Source: Bacteroidia bacterium
GTDB lineage: Bacteria > Bacteroidota > Bacteroidia > M30B66
Length of the DNA: 64,000 bases
Reading direction: 5' to 3'
Assembly: GCA_018401705.1 (NCBI GenBank)
Contig: JAGYKL010000008.1
Coordinates: 11,688 to 75,687, forward strand
Shown here in pieces: positions 38,706 to 49,426 of the stretch (position 1 is the stretch's first letter; each line of letters begins with the position of its first letter). A model generated the notes under the pieces. The model saw only the letters and a list, made by a program, of their open reading frames with translations. It was not told the origin of the DNA and made no database searches. The position numbers and the translations under genes are program-made.

Positions 38706-39662
38706 CTACTTATCACTAGTTGACAATGATAAATCGTTAGCCCTCTTCTTAAAGTAGTAACAAGAAGGTATCAGAATGGCTAATGAAACAATTGCTTGAA
38801 TATAGGCCGAATCTCCTGTTCCGGCTTCCTGAAAAGTAGCAGGCAAAATACTATGCTGCTCAGCATAACTTAATAGCACGGCTAAAGCATTATTGGCAAA
38901 ATGAGCTGCAATAGGAAAAACCAAAGAATTACCCCAATAGAATAAATAACCAAGAAACGCTCCTAAAACGAACCGAGGAATAAAACCAAAGAATTGAAAA
39001 TGTATAAAACTAAAAATGAATGCAGTTAACCATATAGCCAAATGTTGATTTGCGAAAACCTTAGCAATTAATGGTTGAATACTACCTCTGAAGAGCAACT
39101 CCTCGCCAATAGCTGGTAAAACAGCTAAAAGAATTACTGTTGGGATAAAATAAATTGGGGAATCCATTTTCAGGAACAATTCGGTAAGCTCTTTTGCTTC
39201 ATTTTCTCTCAGCTCCATCCATGTTTGAATACTTTGAAGTTGATGAGGTAAATTGAGTGATGCGTTAAGTTCGGCGAGCGCATTTACCAACGGTGTTTGC
39301 AGAACCATGAGAATCATGCAAAAAGCACTGCCTCCAAGAAGAAATCTGACTCCTGGTTTTTGATCAATTTGAAACGTTGGTTTAAAATAATATCTAATTA
39401 TAAGAGCAGGCATAACAAAAACGCCAACAGCCGACAAAGCTTGAGAAAGCTTAAGGAAATTAACAGCTCCGGGAATTGATGGATTATTTGCCAATTGACT
39501 TAGGTCTGTTATTGAATATGACCAAATCAGATTTCCCAGAATTAAACTTGCAAATGAGGCGATTGATAATCCAACAAAAACTAGCACAAACAGCAAAAGA
39601 AATTGCTTTTGAGGACTTGCATTTTTTAATGAATTGCTATTTGTAAATTGGAATTGCTCCAT
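38706..39662 (-). CDS. CPBP family intramembrane glutamic endopeptidase (CAAX protease-like)
   Basis: EELLFRG, FSFIHFQ and HFANN motifs in TM helices. Confidence 0.8.
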   Translation of the reverse strand: MEQFQFTNSNSLKNASPQKQFLLLFVLVFVGLSIASFASLILGNLIWSYSITDLSQLANNPSIPGAVNFLKLSQALSAVGVFVMPALIIRYYFKPTFQIDQKPGVRFLLGGSAFCMILMVLQTPLVNALAELNASLNLPHQLQSIQTWMELRENEAKELTELFLKMDSPIYFIPTVILLAVLPAIGEELLFRGSIQPLIAKVFANQHLAIWLTAFIFSFIHFQFFGFIPRFVLGAFLGYLFYWGNSLVFPIAAHFANNALAVLLSYAEQHSILPATFQEAGTGDSAYIQAIVSLAILIPSCYYFKKRANDLSLSTSDK

Positions 39663-39774
39663 GTTTTGCTTTGCTAAATTTACAATTGATTGTGCTCACA
39701 AAGTTCGAAATCTAGTTAACAAATAAGATGTTTTTCTACATAAACAGATTGCTCATCTGGTATTGCAGTATTTA

Positions 39775-39782
39775 GTACTTTT
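39775..39782 (+). promoter_or_regulatory. Putative -7 box TACTTTTG upstream of dus gene
   Basis: TAnnTTTG, 15 bp before ATG 39797. Confidence 0.3.
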
Positions 39783-39796
39783 GCAGGCTCAATAGC

Positions 39797-40798
39797 ATGG
39801 TAAAAATAGGTGATATAGAATTGGGCGATTTTCCATTGCTTCTAGCTCCAATGGAGGATGTTAGTGACCCTCCTTTCAGATTAGTCTGCAAGAAATATGG
39901 GGCAGACATGATGTATACTGAGTTTATTTCATCAGAAGGTCTCATTAGAGATGCTGCAAAAAGCACCAAAAAGTTAGATATTTTCGAATACGAAAGACCA
40001 ATTGGAATTCAGCTTTTTGGTAGTGATATCGAATCAATGAGAGAAGCTGCAGAAATTGCTGCGCAGGCAAATCCAGATTTAATTGATATAAATTATGGTT
40101 GCCCTGTAAAAAACGTTGCTTGCAAAGGAGCCGGAGCTGCACTTCTTCAAGACATCCCGAAGATGGTGGCTATGACCAAAGAAATAGTCGATTGCACTAA
40201 TTTACCTGTTACTGTAAAAACTCGTTTGGGTTGGGATGACAACACCAAGAACATTGGGGAAGTTGCCGAAAGGCTCCAGGATATTGGAATTAAAGCCTTA
40301 AGTATACATGGAAGAACCAGAGCTCAATTGTATAAAGGGCCAGCTGATTGGACTTTAATTGGGGAAGTGAAAAACAACCCCAGAATTCATATTCCAATTT
40401 TCGGTAATGGAGATGTTGACACGCCTGAGAAAGCTCTAGAAATGAAAAACACGTTTGGTGTTGATGGAGTTATGATTGGGCGTGCAAGCATTGGATATCC
40501 TTGGATTTTCAACGAAATCAAGCATTTTATGCGCAGTGGAGAACATCTCATGCCACCGACCATAGCCGATAGAGTGCAGGTGTGCAGAACCCATCTAGAC
40601 GCTTCGATAGAATGGAAAGGCCCTGTTTTAGGAATTATTGAAATGCGCCGTCATTACACAAATTACTTTAAAGGAATACCCCACTTTAAGGAATATAGAA
40701 TGCAACTTGTTACCATAAAAACCCATGAAGAAGTTTCATCGGTTTTGGATGAAATAGAGCAAGTTCTGGGAACAAACCAATTACCAATAAACGTATAA
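39797..40798 (+). CDS. tRNA-dihydrouridine synthase (DusB-like)
   Basis: LAPMEDVSDPPFR...INYGCPV...catalytic Cys region. TIM-barrel Dus family. Confidence 0.88.
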   Translation: MVKIGDIELGDFPLLLAPMEDVSDPPFRLVCKKYGADMMYTEFISSEGLIRDAAKSTKKLDIFEYERPIGIQLFGSDIESMREAAEIAAQANPDLIDINYGCPVKNVACKGAGAALLQDIPKMVAMTKEIVDCTNLPVTVKTRLGWDDNTKNIGEVAERLQDIGIKALSIHGRTRAQLYKGPADWTLIGEVKNNPRIHIPIFGNGDVDTPEKALEMKNTFGVDGVMIGRASIGYPWIFNEIKHFMRSGEHLMPPTIADRVQVCRTHLDASIEWKGPVLGIIEMRRHYTNYFKGIPHFKEYRMQLVTIKTHEEVSSVLDEIEQVLGTNQLPINV

Positions 40799-40799
40799 A

Positions 40800-41837
40800 A
40801 TGCTTCAGCAACCCGTCAATAAAACCGAACTAGGTGAACTAGGCGAATTTGGATTAATCAAGCAACTAACAAAGGATTTCAGTCTTAAGAATAAATCGAG
40901 CGTTTTAGGTGTTGGCGACGATGCGGCTATCTTGAATTACGATAATGCTGATGTGCTAATAAGCACGGATATGCTTCTCGAAGGCGTGCACTTTGACTTA
41001 ACATATACACCGTTAAAACATCTTGGCTATAAAGCTGCTGTGGTTAACTTTTCAGACATTTATGCAATGAACGGGAAGCCTGAGCAAATAACTGTTGGAC
41101 TAGCATGTTCTAATCGTTTTCCGGTTGAGGCTCTTGAGCAGTTATATGAAGGAATCGGGCTGGCTTGTGTAAACTACGGAGTAGATTTAGTGGGAGGAGA
41201 CACAACCTCATCAAAAGCCGGATTAATAGTTAGCATAACAGTTACAGGCTCTGTTGAAAAAGGCAAAGCTGTGACGAGAAATGGTGCTTCTAAGGGAGAT
41301 TTGCTGGTGGTTTCAGGAGACTTAGGCGGAGCTTACATGGGACTTCAACTGTTAGAAAGAGAAAAATCTGTGTTCATGGAAGCCCCTGGAACACAGCCCG
41401 ACTTAGAAGGTTATGATTATATCTTGGAAAGGCAATTAAAGCCTGAAGCAAGAGGGGATATCATTGAATTGCTTAAAGAGAAGGAAATTCAGCCAACTTC
41501 GATGATTGATATTTCTGATGGATTGGGTTCTGAAATTTTTCATCTTTGTGAGCAATCTTTGGTAGGATGTAAATTATATGAAGAAAAGATTCCTATTGAT
41601 CCAACAACATATAATTTGGCCAGAGAATTTGGAATAGATCCTACTGTTTGCGCCTTAAGCGGCGGAGAGGATTATGAGTTGCTTTTCTCAATCTCACAAG
41701 CTGATTATGATAAAATCAAAGGCTCAATGCTTGTAACGGTGATTGGCCACTTTACTGATCCTGCCGAAGGCAAACTACTGATAGATAAAAGCGGGGGAGT
41801 ACATGACTTAAAAGCCCAAGGCTGGAAGTCATTCTAA
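40800..41837 (+). CDS. thiL: Thiamine-monophosphate kinase
   Basis: GEFGLIKQL...LGVGDDAAIL AIRS-like N-domain motif typical of ThiL. Confidence 0.8.
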   Translation: MLQQPVNKTELGELGEFGLIKQLTKDFSLKNKSSVLGVGDDAAILNYDNADVLISTDMLLEGVHFDLTYTPLKHLGYKAAVVNFSDIYAMNGKPEQITVGLACSNRFPVEALEQLYEGIGLACVNYGVDLVGGDTTSSKAGLIVSITVTGSVEKGKAVTRNGASKGDLLVVSGDLGGAYMGLQLLEREKSVFMEAPGTQPDLEGYDYILERQLKPEARGDIIELLKEKEIQPTSMIDISDGLGSEIFHLCEQSLVGCKLYEEKIPIDPTTYNLAREFGIDPTVCALSGGEDYELLFSISQADYDKIKGSMLVTVIGHFTDPAEGKLLIDKSGGVHDLKAQGWKSF

Positions 41838-42629
41838 TCAGAGTATTTTCTCTAAAGCAAATGTTTGGATAGCTTTAACACTTTCCTTCTTTTGCTCAAT
41901 AAAACCTTCATGACCGCAATTCTCAAGAACGACAATAGTTGCATCTGGTCTTAAGCGATGCATTTCCTGAACCCTTTCTAAAGGAATAAGAAAATCATCC
42001 TGTCCTGTGATACACATCAAAGGGAATTTGGCATTTCTGAGAATCTCAGACCTATCAACTCGATTTTTCATCCCGCGTATAGCGGCAGTTATACCCTCTT
42101 TAGGCTGCTTTGCTGCAATCTTTACCATCTTAAAAATCCTCTTAGAAGCTTTCATACCGCTTCTTTCGAAGAAAAGATTAGGTATTACAGAAGTGATATA
42201 CTTCATTTTATGAGTTTCGGCAGCTTTAATTGACCTATCTCTATCTATTTTCCTTTCAGGAGTATCCTCAAAGCATGTTGAGCTAAATAAAACAAGCCCT
42301 TTCACTTTATCAGGAAAAGTTTCTGCAAATGCTAGAGCCACATAACCTCCCATAGAATGACCAACTAATAAGGCCTCTCCTACCCTTTCGGCTTCGAGCA
42401 CAGCTCTAACAGCATCCGCCATAAATTCCATGGAATGAGTTTCTCCATAAACACTTGATTTTCCATGACCAGGAAGATTTATCCTAATCACCCGGAATTT
42501 CGGGGAAAGCTTTTGTATAAACGGTCTCCAAATTCTCGCATTCTCCATGAAGCCATGAAGAAAAACAATTACAGGGCCCTGTCCTTCAGCCTTGTATCTA
42601 ATGGTTCCGTTAGCAAATGAAATCTGCAT
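41838..42629 (-). CDS. Alpha/beta hydrolase
   Basis: HGFMEN and GHSMGG motifs. Abuts thiL stop. Confidence 0.8.
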   Translation of the reverse strand: MQISFANGTIRYKAEGQGPVIVFLHGFMENARIWRPFIQKLSPKFRVIRINLPGHGKSSVYGETHSMEFMADAVRAVLEAERVGEALLVGHSMGGYVALAFAETFPDKVKGLVLFSSTCFEDTPERKIDRDRSIKAAETHKMKYITSVIPNLFFERSGMKASKRIFKMVKIAAKQPKEGITAAIRGMKNRVDRSEILRNAKFPLMCITGQDDFLIPLERVQEMHRLRPDATIVVLENCGHEGFIEQKKESVKAIQTFALEKIL

Positions 42630-42803
42630 GAATTATTCTGCTAGGCGTGGCAAATTACAATAAAACCTAAACGAATTCTAAGTTTTCAAAAGCTTAACAT
42701 TAGGCTTAAAAAAAAACACTTGTGAAGGTGATATGCTTTTTCGTCCTTTGCGCGCCGGGAACGATGGATTTCTCGAGAATATAAACATCAATTTATCAAT
42801 CAA

Positions 42804-44030
42804 ATGAAAAAAATTAAAGTCGCTAATCCTGTTGTAGAACTTGATGGAGATGAGATGACAAGAATCATCTGGCGTTTTATTAAAGACAAGTTAATACTTG
42901 AGTATCTGGATTTAGATATTAAGTATTACGATTTAGGAATGGAGTTTCGTGACGAAACGAACGACCAGGTTACAATTGATGCTGCTGAAGCGATTAAGAA
43001 ATATAACGTTGGAATAAAGTGTGCTACAATTACTCCAGATGAGGCGAGAGTTAAAGAATTTGGCTTGAAGCAAATGTGGAGAAGTCCTAATGGCACTATT
43101 CGTAACATTCTTGATGGAACTGTTTTTCGTGAGCCGATAGTATGTAGTAATGTGCCTCGTTTGGTACCTAATTGGACTGCTCCTATTTGTATAGGCCGTC
43201 ATGCTTTCGGAGATCAATATCGCGCTACTGATTTTGTTACTAAAGGAAAAGGAAAGCTTACTGTAAAGTTCGAAGCTGAGTCGGGAGAAGTAACCGAATT
43301 TGAAGTATACAATTTCAAAGGTGATGGTGTAGCACTTGCTATGTATAATACCGATGAATCAATTAGAGGATTTGCAAGAGCTTGCTTTAATCAGGCAATT
43401 AGCAAAAAATGGCCACTTTATTTAAGCACGAAAAACACCATCCTTAAAAAATACGATGGCCGTTTCAAAGATATCTTTGAGGAAATCTATCAAGATGAAT
43501 TTAAATCTCAAATGGATGAGATTGGAATTACTTATGAGCATAGACTAATCGACGATATGGTTGCTTCAGCTCTAAAATGGAATGGTAATTTTGTTTGGGC
43601 TTGTAAAAATTATGATGGAGACGTGCAAAGTGATACTGTTGCTCAAGGTTTTGGCTCTCTAGGACTTATGACTTCAGTTTTAGTGACACCAGATGGAAAA
43701 ACAATGGAAGCAGAAGCAGCACATGGTACTGTTACTCGTCACTATAGAATGCATCAACAAGGAAAGAAAACTTCAACAAATCCAATTGCAAGTATTTTTG
43801 CTTGGACAAGAGGCCTTGAGCATCGTGGAAGACTAGATGGAAATGAAGCGTTAATTAACTTCTGCAAAACTCTTGAAACTGTTTGCGTTGATGTAGTTGA
43901 AAGCGGTAAAATGACTAAAGATCTTGCTGTTTGTATTCATGGAAATAAGGTAACAGATGATCAGTATTTGAATACAGAAGATTTTCTTGAAGCGATAAAC
44001 CAAACTTTACGCGAAAGATTATCGGCATAA
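42804..44030 (+). CDS. icd: NADP-dependent isocitrate dehydrogenase (eukaryote-like dimeric subfamily II)
   Basis: [24 protein letters not shown]-terminus. 408 aa. Conserved substrate-binding segments. Confidence 0.92.
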   Translation: MKKIKVANPVVELDGDEMTRIIWRFIKDKLILEYLDLDIKYYDLGMEFRDETNDQVTIDAAEAIKKYNVGIKCATITPDEARVKEFGLKQMWRSPNGTIRNILDGTVFREPIVCSNVPRLVPNWTAPICIGRHAFGDQYRATDFVTKGKGKLTVKFEAESGEVTEFEVYNFKGDGVALAMYNTDESIRGFARACFNQAISKKWPLYLSTKNTILKKYDGRFKDIFEEIYQDEFKSQMDEIGITYEHRLIDDMVASALKWNGNFVWACKNYDGDVQSDTVAQGFGSLGLMTSVLVTPDGKTMEAEAAHGTVTRHYRMHQQGKKTSTNPIASIFAWTRGLEHRGRLDGNEALINFCKTLETVCVDVVESGKMTKDLAVCIHGNKVTDDQYLNTEDFLEAINQTLRERLSA

Positions 44031-44050
44031 TCTAATTATTCTAAGTTTTA

Positions 44051-44085
44051 AACGGCTGTGTCTTTAAGATTCAGCCGTTTTTTAT
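44051..44085. terminator. Bidirectional terminator shared by icd (+) and esterase (-)
   Basis: AACGGCTG-13 nt loop-CAGCCGTT perfect stem, then TTTTTT. Confidence 0.6.
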
Positions 44086-45287
44086 TGCCTAATTAACACA
44101 CGTTGAATTGAACCTGTCTCAGTATCTTTAATAAAATAAAGCCCTGAACTGAGTCCTGAGAAGTCATGCTTATTTTCATGAATTAAAGCCCCTTGTCCAT
44201 TAATAACTATAAATGTCTTAGGCATTTGAGAATAAGTCATATTAAGAGCATTATCAATCAGAATCACTTCCTTTTCATAATATTCATTGTTACTCAACGG
44301 TATTTCACACACCATCCTTTGATTGAAAAATTCGGCCATCAATTCTACCTCTTGCTGCCAAAAAGGAAAACAAGGTTCATGGAGATTATGAGGGCACGTT
44401 TCACTAGAGAAGATTTGAATTTGATGGTCAATTCCAAAATTATTTAGTTGTTCAGATAAGTTTTCAATACCGCACGAAACCGGATAATTAGAACCGCAAT
44501 TATCAATCTGCCACCAAGATGAACATTCGGTAATTGGAACCAAATAAGGGTCTTGGTCATTATTAAAAGCAATTATATCTGGGTTCGTTCCTTGATTCAA
44601 AAGCTCTGGAAATAAAATCGAAGAGCTAAAGGTAGCAATAGCCTTAATTTCAGGTATATCTGTATGAACATTGGCCAAATCGGGTCTTGAAAGTTCATTT
44701 GAATTCAATGTTATTGGACTTTGCTCAAAGCATTGAAGAGGTTTCTCGAATTCTTGATCAAGCATTGCCGCTCCTAATGCAACATAACCACCGGCACTCC
44801 AGCCTGCAAGAAATATTAAGTTAGTATCAATTCCAAAGGTTTCATGATTCAGTTTGAAATAATCAATTGCACTTTGGCAATCATGTACAGAACGATACCA
44901 TGCCCTAATGGCTTCAGTAGTATCGAAAGAGCAATAGCCCTCTCCGACCCAGCCTAAGCGGTAAGAAATACTGGCCGACAAGTAACCCTTCTTAGCAAAT
45001 GAAACTGCTAGCGAGTCCATGAGATTTGGAGTTCCGCCTGTAAATCCTCCACCATGAATTAACAATAAGAGTGGTTTATCTGAGCAGGTATTCTCTTGCC
45101 CTACCCATATCCTGGCTTTGCCATCGACCAAAGATTGGTCAAACTTGATCAAGCCTTGAGCATAAGTGGCTTCATTGAATGTTCCAACAGAAAAGATTTC
45201 ATTTAAATGATCTCCACAACAGCTTTGACTAAAGGAAATTTTAGAAGTGCTTACAGCAATTAAAAGAATAATAGCAACTCTCATCAT
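44082..45287 (-). CDS. Alpha/beta-hydrolase esterase/lipase with C-terminal T9SS type-A sorting domain
   Basis: HGGGF oxyanion and GWSAGG nucleophile motifs. Signal peptide MMRVAIILLIAVSTS. C-terminal ...SGLYFIKDTETGSIQRVLIRQ resembles Por/T9SS CTD. Confidence 0.7.
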   Translation of the reverse strand: MMRVAIILLIAVSTSKISFSQSCCGDHLNEIFSVGTFNEATYAQGLIKFDQSLVDGKARIWVGQENTCSDKPLLLLIHGGGFTGGTPNLMDSLAVSFAKKGYLSASISYRLGWVGEGYCSFDTTEAIRAWYRSVHDCQSAIDYFKLNHETFGIDTNLIFLAGWSAGGYVALGAAMLDQEFEKPLQCFEQSPITLNSNELSRPDLANVHTDIPEIKAIATFSSSILFPELLNQGTNPDIIAFNNDQDPYLVPITECSSWWQIDNCGSNYPVSCGIENLSEQLNNFGIDHQIQIFSSETCPHNLHEPCFPFWQQEVELMAEFFNQRMVCEIPLSNNEYYEKEVILIDNALNMTYSQMPKTFIVINGQGALIHENKHDFSGLSSGLYFIKDTETGSIQRVLIRQ

Positions 45288-45357
45288 CACTACTTTAGTT
45301 TGTTGACCAATTAAGCAAATAAATTTCTCGCATCCATGAAACAAACTTTACAGATAT

Positions 45358-47091
45358 CTAAATCTTTATGTCTTTAATCATCCACTGGAGAGAAATATTT
45401 CCATTCCAGTGATTTTCATCCAAAGAAAAACACACATCTACAGGCATTCCCTGTGAAACAGGAGCGAAAAACTCGCCTTTATTAAATGCTATTGCATCAA
45501 AATAGGGCTGATGAGGTTTGCCCAATTTCATTTTCAAGTGATTTACACCAACCAGTTTAGCATAGCCTGAATCTGTTAGACCTCTGCTCATAAATACAGG
45601 AGCCATATTGCCAGGACCAAAAGGAGCAAATCGCTTCACCATTTTGTATAATGAAGGAGTTATATGGGCAGGTTCGGCTTCTAAGTCAATTAAAATTTCT
45701 TCAACTTTTTGCTCCTCCCTAATCATTGCTGAAACCACTTCTTCAAACTTGAGCCTGAAAGCTGGTAAATTTTCAGGAAGTAACGTGAGTCCGGCTGCAG
45801 CTTGATGGCCACCAAATTGAACCAAATACTCTGAACATTGAGAAATGGCATCATGTATATCAAAGCCTTTCACCGATCGAGCACTTCCGGTTATCAAGCC
45901 TTTAGATTGAGTTAAAATGATTGTTGGGCGATAATACTTTTCCATCATTCTGGAAGCAACGATACCTACTACTCCTTTGTGCCAATCATCTTTGAATAAT
46001 ACTGTAGATGCTGCAAACTGATTTTCTGATGAAGAATCGAGCATTGCCAAGGCCTCTGAAGTCATGTTTTTATCAAGATTAACTCTCGAATTATTTAACT
46101 CGGTAATTTTAGAAAGCGAGCGTTGTAATATTTCTTCTGATTCGCCTAGAAGCAAGTCAACTGCTGTTTTGCCATGATCAATTCTGCCAGCAGCATTAAT
46201 TAGTGGAGCCACTTTGAAAACCAAATCACTAATCTCAACTGCTTTCGTGCTAGGCACACTTCCTGGCTTCTCTTTTGAAAGCAGCATTCTTTGAATGCTT
46301 TCACTTTTTCCAGAATTAATTTGCTTTAAACCAAGATATGCAAGACTACGATTTTCGCCTGTAATAGGCACAATGTCAGCTGCAATTGAAAGAGCGACAA
46401 GATCAAGGTAATGCAAAACACTATCTTGAACTCTTGAAGTTTCGTTAAATGCCTGTATCAATTTAAATCCGATACCAGCTCCAGAAAGTTCTTTGTAAGG
46501 GTATTTACATCCTTTCTTTTTAGGGTCAAGAACTGCTACTGCATCAGGAATTTCATCACCGGGAAGATGATGATCGCAAATTATAAAATCAATGCCTAAT
46601 TCTGAAGCATACTTTACTTTGTCAACAGATCGGATTCCGCAATCAAGAGCAATTATAAGTTTGCATCCCAGCGAAGCTGCCCTATCTATTCCAACTGTTG
46701 AAACTCCATATCCTTCTTCATAGCGATCCGGAATGTGGAAATAAATTTTATTGGGAAAAACATTCTTAAAGTATGAATACACCAAAGCAACGGAAGTAGT
46801 TCCATCAACATCATAATCGCCAAAAATGAGTATGCTTTCCTGATTTGAAACAGCTTTTCTAATCCGCTCCACAGCCTGATGCATTCCTTGCATTAGAAAT
46901 GGGTCGTGCAATTGAGATTCTCCAGGTGTAAAAAACTCTTTGGCTTCCTCGTAACTTGTTATCCCTCTTTGAATTAATAAATTTATAATAAGGTCATCCA
47001 CCTGAAGTGATTTCTTCAGCTGAGCGAAAATTTCCGGGTTTGGCTTCTCTGCCAATTTCCAGGATTTTGCGACCGGTAATACATCATACAT
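45358..47091 (-). CDS. recJ: Single-stranded-DNA-specific exonuclease RecJ
   Basis: DHH motifs (GDYDVDGTTS, ICDHH). DHHA1 region GGHQAAAG. Confidence 0.92.
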   Translation of the reverse strand: MYDVLPVAKSWKLAEKPNPEIFAQLKKSLQVDDLIINLLIQRGITSYEEAKEFFTPGESQLHDPFLMQGMHQAVERIRKAVSNQESILIFGDYDVDGTTSVALVYSYFKNVFPNKIYFHIPDRYEEGYGVSTVGIDRAASLGCKLIIALDCGIRSVDKVKYASELGIDFIICDHHLPGDEIPDAVAVLDPKKKGCKYPYKELSGAGIGFKLIQAFNETSRVQDSVLHYLDLVALSIAADIVPITGENRSLAYLGLKQINSGKSESIQRMLLSKEKPGSVPSTKAVEISDLVFKVAPLINAAGRIDHGKTAVDLLLGESEEILQRSLSKITELNNSRVNLDKNMTSEALAMLDSSSENQFAASTVLFKDDWHKGVVGIVASRMMEKYYRPTIILTQSKGLITGSARSVKGFDIHDAISQCSEYLVQFGGHQAAAGLTLLPENLPAFRLKFEEVVSAMIREEQKVEEILIDLEAEPAHITPSLYKMVKRFAPFGPGNMAPVFMSRGLTDSGYAKLVGVNHLKMKLGKPHQPYFDAIAFNKGEFFAPVSQGMPVDVCFSLDENHWNGNISLQWMIKDIKI

Positions 47092-47308
47092 AGCACTCTG
47101 ATTTTATTGAGTCCTCGAAAAAAGAACAGTTAACAAACTTAAGCTTTTAGGCTGCTGAGAAAAAATGAAAAACTCAGCTTTCAGCATAACTTTTCAACCA
47201 GCTTGTTTAAAACTAAACTCAAATTGATAGTATCATTGTGCTTTAGAACAAATGAAAAAGAAATCACGCATTTCAAACAAATAGGTACAAATGCAGTTTT
47301 GATAATTC

Positions 47309-48781
47309 ATGAAAGCCAAAAAAGTCATAGTAGTTGGTGCTGGTATTGCAGGCATTTCATCGTCGATTAGACTGGCGGCAAAAGGCTATAAGGTGAGTGT
47401 TTTTGAACAAAACAGCTACCCTGGCGGGAAGCTCACTGAAATAAGTCAAGATGGATTTCGATGGGACGCAGGTCCATCCCTTTTTACTCTTCCAGAGCAA
47501 GTTGACGAATTGTTTGAACTCGCCGGCGAGGAAGCAAGAAATCATTTCAATTACATTCAACTTCCCGTTGTTTGCCACTATTTCTGGGATGACGGTATGT
47601 TTCTAAAGGCTTACGCGGATGAAAATGCCTTTGCTAATGAGGTAGAAAAGGTGCTTGGTGTTGATTCAAGCAAAATAAAGAAGTACTTGCAAAAAAGCCG
47701 ATTTATTTATCAAACCACAGCGCCCGTTTTTCTGCATCAATCACTTCATAAGTTCAAAAATTATCTCAACATTAAAACACTTAAAGGTGTATTAAGAATG
47801 CCTCGTTTAGGGCTTTTCTCTTTGCTTCACAAAGAAAATCAAAGGCAACTTACACATCCTCGCTTAGTTCAGCTTTTCGATAGATATGCGACCTACAATG
47901 GCTCCGACCCTTATCAAGCACCTGCTGTTTTGCAAAGTATACCGCATTTGGAGTTTGGGCAAGGCGCGTGGTTTCCTAAAGGCGGAATGATTTCAATTAC
48001 CAATGCATTAACTGATTTAGCTAAACGCCAAGGAGTTGAATTCAACTTCTCTCAAACTGTTGATGAGATTGTTGTTGAAGATTCAAAAGTCAAAGGAATC
48101 ATGGCCGGGAGCCAATTTATTGATAGTGATTTAGTTGTATGCAATTCCGACATAATTCCAGCATATCGCAAATTGCTTTCAAAGGAAAATGCTCCGGAAA
48201 AGGTATTGTCACAGCCTCGGTCTAGCTCGGCTTTGATATTTTATTGGGGAATTAATAAAATCTTCAAGCAGCTCGACATGCATAATATTTTCTTTAGCAA
48301 AGGCTACAAGAAAGAGTTTGAGTTAATCACAGAGGGAAATGAGATTTCTGATGATCCAACTGTTTATATTAATATTACGTCAAACCTTCAGAATTCGGAT
48401 GCTCCAGAAGGATGTTCAAATTGGTTTGTAATGATTAATGTGCCGGGAAATAAGGGACAAGATTGGGAAAAGCTTATTGAAGAAAGTAGAAAGAATATTA
48501 TCCGCAAGCTCAGTAAAGTTCTTCATGATGATGTTGAATCTCATATTATTTCAGAGTCTGTTTTAGACCCAAGACTTATCGAATCAAAGACTTCTTCATT
48601 CGGAGGTTCTTTATACGGAAGCAGCTCCAACAACTTATATGCAGCATTTCTGAGGCATGCCAATTACTCGGCAAAAATCAAAAACCTTTACTTTTGTGGA
48701 GGAAGCGTTCACCCTGGCGGGGGAATCCCGCTTTGTTTGCAAAGTGCAAGAATAGTAGCTGATTTAATTCCCCAAGCATGA
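47309..48781 (+). CDS. crtD: Phytoene-desaturase-family carotenoid desaturase (probably 1-hydroxycarotenoid 3,4-desaturase CrtD-like)
   Basis: FAD Rossmann VIVVGAGIAGISS. 490 aa CrtI/CrtD family. CrtD suggested by context (cruF-like next, no crtB). Confidence 0.75.
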   Translation: MKAKKVIVVGAGIAGISSSIRLAAKGYKVSVFEQNSYPGGKLTEISQDGFRWDAGPSLFTLPEQVDELFELAGEEARNHFNYIQLPVVCHYFWDDGMFLKAYADENAFANEVEKVLGVDSSKIKKYLQKSRFIYQTTAPVFLHQSLHKFKNYLNIKTLKGVLRMPRLGLFSLLHKENQRQLTHPRLVQLFDRYATYNGSDPYQAPAVLQSIPHLEFGQGAWFPKGGMISITNALTDLAKRQGVEFNFSQTVDEIVVEDSKVKGIMAGSQFIDSDLVVCNSDIIPAYRKLLSKENAPEKVLSQPRSSSALIFYWGINKIFKQLDMHNIFFSKGYKKEFELITEGNEISDDPTVYINITSNLQNSDAPEGCSNWFVMINVPGNKGQDWEKLIEESRKNIIRKLSKVLHDDVESHIISESVLDPRLIESKTSSFGGSLYGSSSNNLYAAFLRHANYSAKIKNLYFCGGSVHPGGGIPLCLQSARIVADLIPQA

Positions 48782-49425
48782 GTCCGTTTGCTAAAAAACT
48801 TCCATTTAAATTTACGGAGACTCATGCGGCAGCTGTGCTACTAATCTTTCATGCTGTTGGCGTTATTGGCTTATCGAGTTCATTCCGCTCGCTGATTCTT
48901 CCACTGAGCTCCTTTAACCTTTTATTAAGTTTTTCTATTCTTTTAGCCTTTCATCCGAGATATAATCTTAGGTTTTGGATTTTTGCCATAACTAGCTTTA
49001 TTGTTGGCTTTGGTGCTGAATGGATTGGAGTTCACACGGGTTGGTTATTCGGCAATTACGATTATGGAACTGCATTGGGCTGGAAATTAGATGGCATTCC
49101 TGTGATAATTGGTATTAATTGGCTAATGCTTTCAATTGTATGCGGAGAATTGTCAGCCTCATTTTTAAAAAACAACTATGTAAGGGCTATTATAGGTGCT
49201 GTTTTAATGACTTGCTTAGATTATCTCATAGAGCCTGTTGCCATTAACTTAGGATTTTGGCATTGGTTTGGGGCAAATATTCCGCTTTCGAACTATTTTG
49301 GTTGGTTTATAATAGCACTGCCTTTGCAATTTCTTTATCAATGGTCGAGAAGCGGAAACAATCCGCTGGCAAAATGGTTATTTTTGTCACAAGTATTATT
49401 TTTTATCGTTTTGCAGATTCTATAA
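48778..49425 (+). CDS. Carotenoid biosynthesis membrane protein (Caroten_synth/CruF-like 1',2'-hydratase family)
   Basis: 215 aa. 6-7 TM helices. ATGA overlap with crtD-like gene. Confidence 0.55.
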   Translation: MSPFAKKLPFKFTETHAAAVLLIFHAVGVIGLSSSFRSLILPLSSFNLLLSFSILLAFHPRYNLRFWIFAITSFIVGFGAEWIGVHTGWLFGNYDYGTALGWKLDGIPVIIGINWLMLSIVCGELSASFLKNNYVRAIIGAVLMTCLDYLIEPVAINLGFWHWFGANIPLSNYFGWFIIALPLQFLYQWSRSGNNPLAKWLFLSQVLFFIVLQIL

Positions 49426-49426
49426 G

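Noticed and set aside
42770-42779. 10-bp palindrome TTCTCGAGAA upstream of icd
   Set aside because: Palindromes of this length are expected dozens of times by chance in 64 kb. There is no supporting repeat or known motif.
47092-47308. Light-responsive operator or small ORF in the recJ-crtD intergenic region
   Set aside because: Only a weak 6-bp stem (GCTGAG/CTCAGC) and a 20-codon ORF. No direct-repeat CarH/LitR-like site recognisable.
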